Positions 29,766 through 39,633 of a stretch of DNA of 64,000 bases are shown in pieces; the first letter of the stretch is position 1, and each line of letters opens with the position of its first letter. Both the position numbers and the translations under genes were made by a program. The DNA comes from Vampirovibrionales bacterium (GTDB lineage: Bacteria; Cyanobacteriota; Vampirovibrionia; Vampirovibrionales; JAGQHJ01): positions 183-64,182 of the forward strand of contig JANWIO010000052.1 of assembly GCA_025449835.1 (NCBI GenBank), read 5' to 3'. Below the pieces are notes generated by a model, which was not told where the DNA came from, ran no database searches, and was given only the letters and a program-made list of their open reading frames with translations.

Positions 29766-31031
29766 TTATTTCGCAGACAATAAGAGTCTAGCAGGGTGTT
29801 CAAGCCAGGAAACCACCTCTTTCACAAAGAGAGCAGCCTCCATGCCGTCAACCACCCGATGATCGCAGGAAATAGACAAATACATCATTTCCCGAATCAC
29901 AATCTCATCATTGCGGACCACGGGGCGTTTTTCAATTTTTTGAATCCCCATAATGGCCACTTCAGGATAATTAATAATGGGTGCCGAAAAAATGCCCCCA
30001 ATCGAACCAATACTGGTTAACGTAAAGGTGCCGCCTTGTAAGTCTGAAAGACTCAGCTTCCCTTGACGGGCTTTTTCACTTAAATCTGTAATTTCTACGG
30101 CCAAATCCATCAACGATAGCTGGTCTGCATCTTTTACAACAGGGACAATCAAGCCATCTTCCGTGGCCACCGCAACACCCAGGTTGTAATATTGCTTTAA
30201 AACAATTTCCTGTTTCGCTTCGTCTAAACTGCTGTTGAGGACCGGGTATTTTTTAAGCCCTTCAATAACAGCCTTCATAATAAAAGGCAGATACGTCAGT
30301 TTGACACCTACAACCTCAGCATGAGGTTGCAAATCATTCCGAAACTTGACGATATCGGTCATGTCTACTTCTTCGACATAGGTAAAATGCGGCGCTGTAT
30401 GCTTGGACTTCACCAAATGCTCGGCAATTTTACGACGCATCCCCACAAACGGAATTCGCTCTGCGTGTCTTGCTCCAGCAACGTGAGGTCTTTGGGGCTT
30501 TAAAGAGGGTGTAGAGACACCTTTTTCTGGCGTAAAAGAAAGTACATCAGCTTTTTGGACACGTCCATGGGGCCCAGACCCTGAAATTAGGGTCAAATCA
30601 ACCCCCATGGAACGAGCCAGTTTACGCACCGCAGGTGCTGCTAAAACCTTGCTTGAAGGCCCTTGTGATTCATAACGCTGCATTGTTTTTCCGTCCCCCT
30701 GGGGCCGCTCAGCAACCGCAACGGGCTGTGAAGTCTTTCCACCATTTTCAGCATGAGCCTGGGTTTCTGCAGCGGATTTTGTCTCACCAGCCGCGGCTTT
30801 ATCAATGGTAATAATCACTTGGCCCACTTTAACAACATCGCCTTTTTTATAATGCAGGTCTTTTACAGCGCCAGCAACAGGAGAAGTAATTTCAACGGTT
30901 ACTTTATCGGTCATCACCTCAACCATGGGCTCATCTTCATAAACACTCTGTCCAGGTTGTACCAACCACTTGGAGATTTCACCTTCATGAACGCCTTCTC
31001 CAATGTCCGGTAGCTTAAATTCAAAAACCAT
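29766..31031 (-). CDS. dihydrolipoamide acyltransferase (E2), single lipoyl domain
   Basis: LPDIGEG...TDKVT lipoyl domain, AAPAVRKLAR E3-binding domain, DHRVVDG; start re-called at MVFEF. Confidence 0.93.
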   Translation of the reverse strand: MVFEFKLPDIGEGVHEGEISKWLVQPGQSVYEDEPMVEVMTDKVTVEITSPVAGAVKDLHYKKGDVVKVGQVIITIDKAAAGETKSAAETQAHAENGGKTSQPVAVAERPQGDGKTMQRYESQGPSSKVLAAPAVRKLARSMGVDLTLISGSGPHGRVQKADVLSFTPEKGVSTPSLKPQRPHVAGARHAERIPFVGMRRKIAEHLVKSKHTAPHFTYVEEVDMTDIVKFRNDLQPHAEVVGVKLTYLPFIMKAVIEGLKKYPVLNSSLDEAKQEIVLKQYYNLGVAVATEDGLIVPVVKDADQLSLMDLAVEITDLSEKARQGKLSLSDLQGGTFTLTSIGSIGGIFSAPIINYPEVAIMGIQKIEKRPVVRNDEIVIREMMYLSISCDHRVVDGMEAALFVKEVVSWLEHPARLLLSAK

Positions 31032-31096
31032 GGTTATAGACCTCCCCAGTAACAATACAAATCGCAGTGCCTCAGTGTTTAGACACCAGCTTTTCT

Positions 31097-32071
31097 TTAA
31101 AAATTAAGCACATCCTGGATGGCTCGGTACACTCGGGCTGGATGTGGCATATAAACATACTCTAACGTATATGGGAACGGCGTATCTAATCCCGCAACTC
31201 GGATAATGGGCGCTTCCAAATACTCAATAGCATTCTCTGCAATGGTTGCAGCAATTTCAGCACCATAGCCACAGGTTTTCGGCGCCTCATATACCACGAT
31301 GGCTCGCCCAGTCTTCTTCACAGAATTTAAAATGGTTTGAATGTCTAATGGATACAACGTTCTCAAATCAACAATTTCAACTTGATATCCATCCTCTGAG
31401 GCTTTGTTGGCTGCCTTCTCAGCAACTTGCACCATGGAGCCATAGCAGAAAACAGAGACATCGGTACCAGAGCGAACCACATTGGCTGGCCCAATGGGAA
31501 TCACATAATCTTCCTGAGGCACATCCTGCTTAAAGGCCCGGTAAATTTTCTTGGGCTCCATAAAGATAACGGGATCTTCACCCCGAATCGCCGATTTGAG
31601 AAGGCCTTTAGCGTCGTAAGGATTAGAAGGAATCACAACCTGAAGCCCTGGGGTATGGCAAAAATAGGCTTCAGGGCTTTGGGAATGATAATGCCCACCC
31701 CGAATACCTCCACCATAAGGGGTTCTCACCACGACAGGTGAGGTAAAGTCTCCGCCAGAACGATAACGCATCTTGGCTAGCTCTGAAACGATCTGGTCAA
31801 ATGCCGGATAGATAAAATCAGCAAATTGAATTTCGGGTACCGGTTTTAACCCATAAACAGCCATCCCAATGGCAGATCCAATAATCCCACTTTCAGAAAG
31901 CGGCGTATCCATCACCCGCTCGGCACCAAACTTTTGGTAGAGCCCTTCAGTTGCCCGAAAAACGCCCCCATTTACACCAACATCTTCACCCAAAACAACA
32001 ACATCTTCATCTCGGGCCATTTCTTCGTGAAGTGCCGTATTAATCGCTTGTAATAATGTCATTTCTGCCAT
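31097..32071 (-). CDS. 2-oxoacid dehydrogenase E1 beta subunit (branched-chain type)
   Basis: GEDVG..GGVFRAT, EIQFADFIYPAFDQI, GGHYHSQSPEAY. Confidence 0.9.
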   Translation of the reverse strand: MAEMTLLQAINTALHEEMARDEDVVVLGEDVGVNGGVFRATEGLYQKFGAERVMDTPLSESGIIGSAIGMAVYGLKPVPEIQFADFIYPAFDQIVSELAKMRYRSGGDFTSPVVVRTPYGGGIRGGHYHSQSPEAYFCHTPGLQVVIPSNPYDAKGLLKSAIRGEDPVIFMEPKKIYRAFKQDVPQEDYVIPIGPANVVRSGTDVSVFCYGSMVQVAEKAANKASEDGYQVEIVDLRTLYPLDIQTILNSVKKTGRAIVVYEAPKTCGYGAEIAATIAENAIEYLEAPIIRVAGLDTPFPYTLEYVYMPHPARVYRAIQDVLNF

Positions 32072-32115
32072 TGGTTAAAACCCTCCTGAAAACATACCCT
32101 GACAATTCCCACACA

Positions 32116-33228
32116 TCATAATGGGAATTCCCCCTCATTGGTTAACTCTAGCCCACTTTCATGGGTTAAAATATCCTCTTTTTGCGCCATTAGAGCTTGG
32201 GGATCGTTTGAATAAACCCCTTCAAACAGACTTTCCCATGGTGGCTGGGGTAATGATTCTGCCACTTTGATAGCTTCACTAATTTTGTTCTGAATGGAAG
32301 CTTTCACGTCAGCCTCATAGGCTTCCGTCCAAATCCCTAAGGATTCAAGCTCTTTTTGAAACAAGAGAATCGGATCCCGCTTGAGCCATTTTTCAGTTTC
32401 CTCTTTTGAGCGATACCGCGTTGGATCATCTGATGAGGAGTGAGGCCCGGCACGATAGGTTTTCAACTCTAATAAGGTTGGGCCTTCACCAACTTTTGCC
32501 CGTTGCATAGCTTCTTTGGTTGCTCGATACACCGCAAGGACATCATTACCATCAACCTGAATACCGGTCATACCATAAGCCTTGGCTTTATCGGCCAAAC
32601 ATTCAACACTGGTTTGCTTGCTAACTGGGACAGAAATGGCGTATTGATTATTGACCAATGCAAAAATACAGGGGGCTTTAAACGTGGCTGCAAAATTCAT
32701 CCCCGAGTGAAAATCATTGGAGGACGTCCCACCATCGCCAAAATACGTCAAAACAACGGCTTCATCTTTTTTGATTTTAGCCGCCATGGCGCATCCCACA
32801 GCCTGAATAACCTGTGTCCCAATAACACTGGAGATAGACAGGAAATGGTGTTCACGAGAAGTGTAATGCACCGGCATTTGTTTCCCTTCAACAACATCTG
32901 CACTATTGCCAAAGAGATTATTCATCATCGACTGGAGCGGAACACCCCGCAGTAAGGCAACGCCCGGTTGCCGGTAGGAGGGAAAAATCCAGTCTTGCTC
33001 TCTTAAAGCAAAAGCAGTACCGATTTGGCAGGCTTCCTCTCCAAAAGATCCTGCATAAAAGCCAATACGGCCTTGACGTTGGAGTTTAAGGCAACGATCA
33101 TCATACTCTCGGGTTAAAAGCATCGCTTCATAAATGGCTTTAAGCTGTGATTCTGTCAAACCCTCTGGAAGTTTCTGGTGTTGTTTGGCTGTCGTCGACA
33201 TTTTGCCTTGATCCTGTGTTATTGACAT
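32116..33228 (-). CDS. 2-oxoacid dehydrogenase E1 alpha subunit (branched-chain type)
   Basis: RQGRIGFY, GKQMPVHY, FGDGGTS...NNQYAIS ThDP motif, HSSSDDP. Confidence 0.9.
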   Translation of the reverse strand: MSITQDQGKMSTTAKQHQKLPEGLTESQLKAIYEAMLLTREYDDRCLKLQRQGRIGFYAGSFGEEACQIGTAFALREQDWIFPSYRQPGVALLRGVPLQSMMNNLFGNSADVVEGKQMPVHYTSREHHFLSISSVIGTQVIQAVGCAMAAKIKKDEAVVLTYFGDGGTSSNDFHSGMNFAATFKAPCIFALVNNQYAISVPVSKQTSVECLADKAKAYGMTGIQVDGNDVLAVYRATKEAMQRAKVGEGPTLLELKTYRAGPHSSSDDPTRYRSKEETEKWLKRDPILLFQKELESLGIWTEAYEADVKASIQNKISEAIKVAESLPQPPWESLFEGVYSNDPQALMAQKEDILTHESGLELTNEGEFPL

Positions 33229-33257
33229 TTATCCCTCCTTAAAACCCCATTACTATT

Positions 33258-34160
33258 TTAGGATATCTGTTGTGTTTTTCGACGCTTTTCGACAATACCT
33301 TGAATAAAAAATTCAGCAGCTTTATATGAGCTTCTCACCAAAGGCCCTGATGCGCAATACAGAAAGCCCATCTCCAATGCAACGGCTTCCCATGCCTGAA
33401 ACATTTCTGGGGTCACAAATCGGTCGACAGGCAAATGTTTGGATGTCGGTTGCAAATATTGACCTAACGTCAAAATATCCACATCGTGTTTTCTCAGGTC
33501 TAGCATGCATTCCTGGATTTCATCATCTGTTTCTCCCAACCCCAACATAATAGAAGACTTTGTATATATATCAGAACGATAACACTTGACTGTTTTGAGA
33601 AGATCCAAGGTTTGCTGATACCCCGCACGCCGATCTCGGGCATAATGGGTTAAACGCCGAACCGTTTCAATGTTTTGTGCAATCACATCGGGGTTAGATT
33701 GCATTAAGCGCTCTAAAGCTGGCTTTTGACCTTGAAAATCGGGGATCAAGGTTTCAACAATAATCCCTGGAACCGTCTCTTTTAATGCTTCCACCGTTTT
33801 TGCAAAATGATCGGCTCCACCATCGGGCAGATCGTCTCTATCAACAGAGGTTAAAACGACATATTTTAATCCAAATTGCTTCACCGTCTCTGCAATTTTA
33901 AAAGGCTCTTCCGAGTCAAGCCACCCTTTTGGGTTTCCCGTTTTTACAGCACAAAAACGACACCCACGGGTACAGGTATCTCCCATCAACATGTAAGTTG
34001 CCGTTCCACCTGCCCAACATTCTGCAATATTCGGACACTTTGCCTCTTCACAAACCGTCGCCAAATTGAGTTCCCGTGCGATGGACTTAATCTGGTTATA
34101 TACCGGCCCCCCTGGAGGCCGGATTTTAAGCCATTCAGGCTTGGCAACTCGATTGGTCAA
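33258..34160 (-). CDS. lipA: lipoyl synthase
   Basis: [20 protein letters not shown] radical-SAM motif, RSSY. Confidence 0.97.
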   Translation of the reverse strand: MTNRVAKPEWLKIRPPGGPVYNQIKSIARELNLATVCEEAKCPNIAECWAGGTATYMLMGDTCTRGCRFCAVKTGNPKGWLDSEEPFKIAETVKQFGLKYVVLTSVDRDDLPDGGADHFAKTVEALKETVPGIIVETLIPDFQGQKPALERLMQSNPDVIAQNIETVRRLTHYARDRRAGYQQTLDLLKTVKCYRSDIYTKSSIMLGLGETDDEIQECMLDLRKHDVDILTLGQYLQPTSKHLPVDRFVTPEMFQAWEAVALEMGFLYCASGPLVRSSYKAAEFFIQGIVEKRRKTQQIS

Positions 34161-34449
34161 AATGGGCCTTGCCTCTCCTTAAGGAATGCTAACTGATGTG
34201 ATTATTCAATAAAAAACCACCCTAAACAAGAGAGCGCAATCGCCAACTGTATAAAACATCCCAGCCATTTTAATTTAGGCACAAAAGCATGGCTTGGCCC
34301 CAACCCAAATTTTAATCCGCCCCATCTTTCTTAAAAGCAGCGCAAAATGGGCGACATCCTCTTTCAGTCAGCACTCTAAAAAACACCCCTTTAGAGTATC
34401 GCCTAAGCGTCTATCTTTATTTGGACTTGGAGGGAATTAAAAAAGGCTT

Positions 34450-34665
34450 CTAAGCTCTTCCAGAGCTAAACCATTGCGAGAGAAATGCCATGATACCAAA
34501 ACGTTTTGGTGGGACATTCTGAATCAGCTGGAATGATTCAACTTGCTCTTCTACAGATGCTTGGAACAGGTAATCTAACATTGAATCCCGCACATGTTCC
34601 CTTGAGACTGTATTTTGCATCACCACTACCTCTTCCGTATGCCACTTTTTGTGGACAATTTTCAT
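34450..34665 (-). CDS. small hypothetical protein
   Basis: Sole plausible ORF in the gap; GGAAGAGG precedes the internal Met-Gln start. Confidence 0.4.
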   Translation of the reverse strand: MKIVHKKWHTEEVVVMQNTVSREHVRDSMLDYLFQASVEEQVESFQLIQNVPPKRFGIMAFLSQWFSSGRA

Positions 34666-34823
34666 ATTTTCATCCTGTTCTTAAAAGTTATACCCTTTTT
34701 CATCATTTTTCAACCATTTCCGCCTTTCCCCTCTCAATATAACTTTACCTCACCCGCGCCACACCAACCATCCAACTGACCTTTAATATATACTTTATTC
34801 ATCACGGGATACATTCTCTTAGA

Positions 34824-35231
34824 TTAATTTTGGCAGCTTTCACATAGCCCAATCACTTCAAAATTATGGTATTGAATCAAAAATGTCGAGCGTAAAGTAT
34901 CTAAGATTTGCTCAAACGGGCAAACATCCACCACTTGAACATGATTACACTGGGTACACACAAAATGATGATGGTGCATTTTTTGGGTGTTCAGCTCATA
35001 CCGCACTTGGCCATCATTAAAGTTAAGGGGTTTTACCTCTGCCTTCCCCACCAAATGGTTTAAAGCACGATAAACACTGGTTAAACTAATTTCATTATCA
35101 CGCTTAGAGACACTCAACCAGTCTGTAATTTCTTGGGCCGTGGCATGGTTTACCTGCTGCAAGGCTTCCAAAACAGCATGAACCGATTTAACCGTTTTAA
35201 CAGTGTGGGGTGATCGAGTTGTTTTCATCAT
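34824..35231 (-). CDS. Fur-family metalloregulator, probably Zur
   Basis: TSVYRAL helix, HHHFVCTQC and C-terminal CESC; start re-called at MMKTT. Confidence 0.88.
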   Translation of the reverse strand: MMKTTRSPHTVKTVKSVHAVLEALQQVNHATAQEITDWLSVSKRDNEISLTSVYRALNHLVGKAEVKPLNFNDGQVRYELNTQKMHHHHFVCTQCNHVQVVDVCPFEQILDTLRSTFLIQYHNFEVIGLCESCQN

Positions 35232-35232
35232 T

Positions 35233-35247
35233 TGAAAATCATTATCA
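35233..35247. promoter_or_regulatory. Zur/Fur-box-like 7-1-7 palindrome abutting the regulator's start codon
   Basis: TGAAAAT-C-ATTATCA, one mismatch to TGATAATnATTATCA. Confidence 0.7.
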
Positions 35248-35332
35248 CTTTTAAATACCATAGCAAGGGAGATGAAATAATGCAATGGACTGGCTCAATT
35301 TTGGATTGACAAATAATGATGCTTCGGCAACC

Positions 35333-35349
35333 ATGAAAATGATTTTCAT
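35333..35349. promoter_or_regulatory. Zur/Fur-box-like perfect 8-1-8 palindrome overlapping the promoter of the divergent operon
   Basis: ATGAAAAT-G-ATTTTCAT, downstream of TTGACA at 35306-35311. Confidence 0.7.
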
Positions 35350-35354
35350 TTACA

Positions 35355-36320
35355 GTGGAATTTCTGATGTCGGTTTCTGCCCCCTCGTGGCCCTATGGAT
35401 ACTCTCCAACATGGATGGCTTATCCCCTTAATGGGCACTATTGGGGTGCTTTGCCTGGCTATTCAGCACCATTTTATCCCAACTATACAAACCAAAATCC
35501 CCCTCAATTGCCAAATAGGTCCCAGAGACCTTTTGCTCCGCCACAAGATTCCATGAATTATGGCAATATCATGTCTGCCTTGAATCACTTATTGGCGCCT
35601 CCTTCCTTGGAGGATATTCACGCCCATGAACATCCCCATTCAGAAGAAAGCCAAGAGAAAGGTATGCTTTCTCGTTTTGAACACCTGGCTGAGTTTGCGG
35701 GCCTGATTATGATGGCCCTCTTACTCCGAAAAATGCCTCGTCCTCACGTCTCCGAATTTCGTATGTTTTCATCCAACTGGCGAGATTGGGCTCGGATTAC
35801 CTTGGGAGTGATGGCTGTGGGGAAACTCAATAAAGTATTCGATTGGAAGCCAGCGCCATGGATGGGAGCCCTTGAAACGGCTCTTGTGATTACACCACTG
35901 GCTTTAGGACCTCAAGGAATCCGACAACTGGTTGTTGTGGCCCCATTGGTAATGGGAACCGTTGAAGCGACCAACCAACTCAATAAACGGTTAGGAGAAT
36001 CTCTCGAAAACCGTTATCATATCCCTAAAGCATTGACGCGCCTGGTCATTTCTCTCGCCATGGCCATTGGTGGAATCAAGCTTTACCCCACACTGTTTAA
36101 ACATGCCACCCAATGGGGACTTCTTGGAAAAAAAGCCCAAATAGCCTTGAAAAATGCGACACGTCATGGTTCAGAACAGTTAATGGCAGGGGCCAGCGTC
36201 ATTCTTTGCCCACGGGCCTGCTGCTCTAGCCTCGTTTGCATGACCGATATCGGTGAACTTATTGGGAGCTTGGGCTGGTTCCAATCTTACCAAAAACCAG
36301 GAGCAAAGAAAGCCTCATGA
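35355..36320 (+). CDS. hypothetical multi-pass membrane protein with His patch and Cys cluster
   Basis: Pro/Tyr-rich N-terminus, HAHEHPH, several hydrophobic helices, CPRACCSSLVC; alternative ATG at 35367. Confidence 0.7.
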   Translation: MEFLMSVSAPSWPYGYSPTWMAYPLNGHYWGALPGYSAPFYPNYTNQNPPQLPNRSQRPFAPPQDSMNYGNIMSALNHLLAPPSLEDIHAHEHPHSEESQEKGMLSRFEHLAEFAGLIMMALLLRKMPRPHVSEFRMFSSNWRDWARITLGVMAVGKLNKVFDWKPAPWMGALETALVITPLALGPQGIRQLVVVAPLVMGTVEATNQLNKRLGESLENRYHIPKALTRLVISLAMAIGGIKLYPTLFKHATQWGLLGKKAQIALKNATRHGSEQLMAGASVILCPRACCSSLVCMTDIGELIGSLGWFQSYQKPGAKKAS

Positions 36321-36637
36321 CAAGCATGTTAGCCATTCAAAACACCTACCGTTTTGGCCACACCCCCCAATGCTCGCATCATTCCCATGCTGAATCCTCC
36401 CATCATACCCATGGCCCCAACTGTTCTCATCATCATCCTCATTCGGACTCATCCAATCATACCAATGGTCCCAATTGTTCTCATGATCACCCTCACACCC
36501 ACACACATCACAAACCAAAAGCCAAAAATCAAAAGCGGAATATCCTTACAGAAACCCTTCACAATATCGTGATGTGGTTCAAAGAGTTTATTGGCGGCTT
36601 CATCGCCGATATGAAAGATCTCTTGGATTTTTCTTAA
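36317..36637 (+). CDS. His/Cys-rich putative metal-binding protein
   Basis: ATGA-coupled to the upstream gene; repeats HTPQCSHH / HTHGPNCSHHH / HTNGPNCSHDH; amphipathic C-terminal helix. Confidence 0.7.
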   Translation: MTSMLAIQNTYRFGHTPQCSHHSHAESSHHTHGPNCSHHHPHSDSSNHTNGPNCSHDHPHTHTHHKPKAKNQKRNILTETLHNIVMWFKEFIGGFIADMKDLLDFS

Positions 36638-36652
36638 AAACGTTTGATGGGT

Positions 36653-37633
36653 TTATTGTTTGCGGGCAAAAATGGTTAAGGTTCGGCCCACCCCTTGACT
36701 TGCCAAAAAGGTATAAAAGGCTTCTCGAAACTGCCGGGCTTCGGGCGAAACATTTAATGCCTGCTCAAACTGCATTCGCTTTGAATGGCAGGCCCGGCCC
36801 ACGTCATTATCCTCAATATACCGATCACCCATGAGCAAGAAAAACTCCATGGGAAAAGAGGCTTCCTCATAAACAGACTGAAAGCCTGTTTTTTCAAGTA
36901 ACTTTCGAAGGGAGTCAAAACTAAAATAGTTCAGATGATGTGGAATTGACACCCAATATTCCGGGAAATCAAAATGCTCATGAAGCATTTTCTGGAAGAG
37001 ATTAAAATCGTTGGGCACTTCAATACAGAGAATTCCCCCGACTTCCAGTACGTCATAAGCTTTTTGGCAAAGTTCGAGGGGGTTGGGCAAGTGTTCCAGG
37101 ACTTGCCGCAAGTGAACTGCTTGAAATTTTCCTTTGAGCTGAGCAATATCAAGATTTTGAAAATAATCATGAATCACCTCAATGCCGGAGATATCTCTGG
37201 CATAGCTGGCAGCTTGCAGTGCAGGCTCAATCCCCAGTACATCCCAACCTCTATCCTCACCATAGCGCAAGAAAAACCCACCCGAGCATCCCACATCAAG
37301 GATTCGTCTAGGAGTTAAAACGTCTGGCAGCAATTCTTCCAGTTTGTCATAGCGATATTTATAAACCGACTCTCGCCAATAGGGCTGTTCTTTTGCATCT
37401 TTTTCAAGGTATTCAGGCTTATCCTCACTATAAAACTGTTCATCATACACTGTTTTTAAAAAATCAGATGAAGGTAAGGGGTCCACATGGGTATAGCCAC
37501 AGCTTTCACAGGCTATCAGCTGATAATCTTGATATTGACCAATGCAGTCTCCCTGATGCTCTTGAATTAAAGTTTCTTTCAAGATGGAATTCTCCCACGT
37601 TTCCATAAAACAATTAGTCTCTGCTGTTCTCAT
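36653..37633 (-). CDS. class I SAM-dependent methyltransferase (glycan-modification type, CxxC)
   Basis: CESCG, ILDVGCSGG, QVLEHL, EVPN. Confidence 0.85.
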   Translation of the reverse strand: MRTAETNCFMETWENSILKETLIQEHQGDCIGQYQDYQLIACESCGYTHVDPLPSSDFLKTVYDEQFYSEDKPEYLEKDAKEQPYWRESVYKYRYDKLEELLPDVLTPRRILDVGCSGGFFLRYGEDRGWDVLGIEPALQAASYARDISGIEVIHDYFQNLDIAQLKGKFQAVHLRQVLEHLPNPLELCQKAYDVLEVGGILCIEVPNDFNLFQKMLHEHFDFPEYWVSIPHHLNYFSFDSLRKLLEKTGFQSVYEEASFPMEFFLLMGDRYIEDNDVGRACHSKRMQFEQALNVSPEARQFREAFYTFLASQGVGRTLTIFARKQ

Positions 37634-37720
37634 CGTAACAGGCCTTTGGTGACAAGACCTCCTATGAATGTTCTATCGACGCCTGACCCATCAGGACACA
37701 GCATAGGGAAAGAAAAACGC

Positions 37721-39505
37721 TTAGCTCTTAATTTCAAATCTTAAAATATGGTGGATGGCTTGAAGAACAGACTGAGCATCAATTTTCGTTTCAACAGATA
37801 ATTCTTCCTTACCCCCAAAGCGGACAAAACCATCGGGAATGGCAGCTCGGTGGAGAAAGGGCTGAAGGTGATAATCTGCCAGCATGGTTGCAATCCTGGA
37901 TCCAAGGCCCCCGGTTGAAATATTCTCTTCAAAACTCACCACCAGTTGGGCTATCTGGAATAAAGGGAGGAGATTTTTTTCTGGGAAAGGCTTAATCCAA
38001 CGGATATTAACAATACACACTTCATAGCCTTGGGAAACCAGATCTTCTCGAACCGATAAGGCCGTTCCCAAACAATTTCCAGCTGCAACCAAACAGATTT
38101 TGGCTGGATTTCCAATAATTTCAGGCTTTGTAATATCTTGGTTTTCCAATAATGGCGTATATTCATTCGATCGTACATTTTCATACGGGTGCAAAATGGC
38201 CATGGGACCCGTCGGATTTTGGCAACGCCACCGTAAAATAGCATCAACATCAAAGCGAGTTCCCGCATAGAAAATCTGTAGGTTGGGCAAAGCTTGTAAA
38301 TATGAAAGATCATAAATGCCATGATGGGTTGGTCCATCAAATCCAGCAAACCCAGAGCGGACCACTAAAAGTGTGGCTGGTAAATTCATAAAACAGAGGT
38401 CATGAATAATGGGATCCATGGCCCGTTGCATAAACGTTGCCTGAAAGCATACCACAGGATGTTTTCCTTGAATGGCCAAGCCTGCTGCCATACTTACCGC
38501 ATGTTGCTCTGCCATACCCACATCAATAGCCCGATCTGGAAACCGTTCTAATATCTGATCCAGGTTAGACGCATAAGGAGTGGCTGGCGTAATGGCAACA
38601 ATTGATTCATCCTGCTCCATTAACTGATACAAGGTTTTAGATGCCACCAGAGCATAGGTTTCCCCCACCAATGTTGGTGAAGCCCCTTCACCTGTTTCAG
38701 GATTAAAGGGCATCGAAAAATGCATCCGATACTTATGGCCGTCGGCATAAGGAAGTCCTTTGCCTTTCATGGTTTTCACATGAACCACGACTGGGCGATC
38801 CGTCACCAGGGTTTTGGCATTTTTAAAACCCTCTATTAAACTGGCCATGTCATGACCATCAGGCACAGCCAGATATTGATATCCCAGCCCTTCAAAAAAG
38901 CCTCTGGATTTCTCCTGCCAGTTTGAACCGGAAAATAAATGCTTAATCCCACCCACATTGGGTGCAATGGCCATGCCGTTATCATTGACAACAATAATAA
39001 AGGGTAACCCTTGTAACATCCCAAAATTGAGCCCTTCAAAAGACAAGCCTTCCACCAAAGACCCATCCCCCACGACGGCGACTGTCAGTTGGTTCTGATG
39101 ATTGAGTTTATGGGCCATGGCCATCCCAATAGCCGTGGAAAGAGCCGTTCCAGCGTGGGTGGCATCAATAATGTCGGCTTCATTTTCTTCTCGGGCCAAG
39201 AAACGAGACATCCCAAAAGGCTGATTTAAAGTTGCAAATTCTGCTTTCCGGCCGGTCAAAATTTTGTGTGTATAGCCCTGATGCCCTGTATCAAAAACGA
39301 GATGTTCAACAGCGGAATCAAATACCGCATGTAACGCAACGGTAAGTTCAATGGTGCCAAGATTCGCCCCAATATGCCCACCGGTTTTTGAAATAGAGTC
39401 AATTAAAAATTGCCGAATTTCCTCACAAAGCTTAGTGAGTTCTGGGATTGAAAGACTTTTAATATCAGAAGGTTGATGAATTGTATCAATCAATTGCGCC
39501 GACAT
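37721..39505 (-). CDS. 1-deoxy-D-xylulose-5-phosphate synthase-like ThDP enzyme (variant)
   Basis: GGHIGANLG, DTGHQGY, GDGS...NDN, AEQHAV, DGPTHHG; canonical DRAG replaced by VRSG. Confidence 0.85.
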   Translation of the reverse strand: MSAQLIDTIHQPSDIKSLSIPELTKLCEEIRQFLIDSISKTGGHIGANLGTIELTVALHAVFDSAVEHLVFDTGHQGYTHKILTGRKAEFATLNQPFGMSRFLAREENEADIIDATHAGTALSTAIGMAMAHKLNHQNQLTVAVVGDGSLVEGLSFEGLNFGMLQGLPFIIVVNDNGMAIAPNVGGIKHLFSGSNWQEKSRGFFEGLGYQYLAVPDGHDMASLIEGFKNAKTLVTDRPVVVHVKTMKGKGLPYADGHKYRMHFSMPFNPETGEGASPTLVGETYALVASKTLYQLMEQDESIVAITPATPYASNLDQILERFPDRAIDVGMAEQHAVSMAAGLAIQGKHPVVCFQATFMQRAMDPIIHDLCFMNLPATLLVVRSGFAGFDGPTHHGIYDLSYLQALPNLQIFYAGTRFDVDAILRWRCQNPTGPMAILHPYENVRSNEYTPLLENQDITKPEIIGNPAKICLVAAGNCLGTALSVREDLVSQGYEVCIVNIRWIKPFPEKNLLPLFQIAQLVVSFEENISTGGLGSRIATMLADYHLQPFLHRAAIPDGFVRFGGKEELSVETKIDAQSVLQAIHHILRFEIKS

Positions 39506-39633
39506 GTGATCGCTTCTGCCTCCGCCCTAAAAAACAATACCCTTACTGGAATCTGAACCCCTGAAGTTATGCAATAATAAAAGTAGAATACTCATTATTC
39601 TAACATAATCAAGTTTAAGAAGTTGTATTCGCC

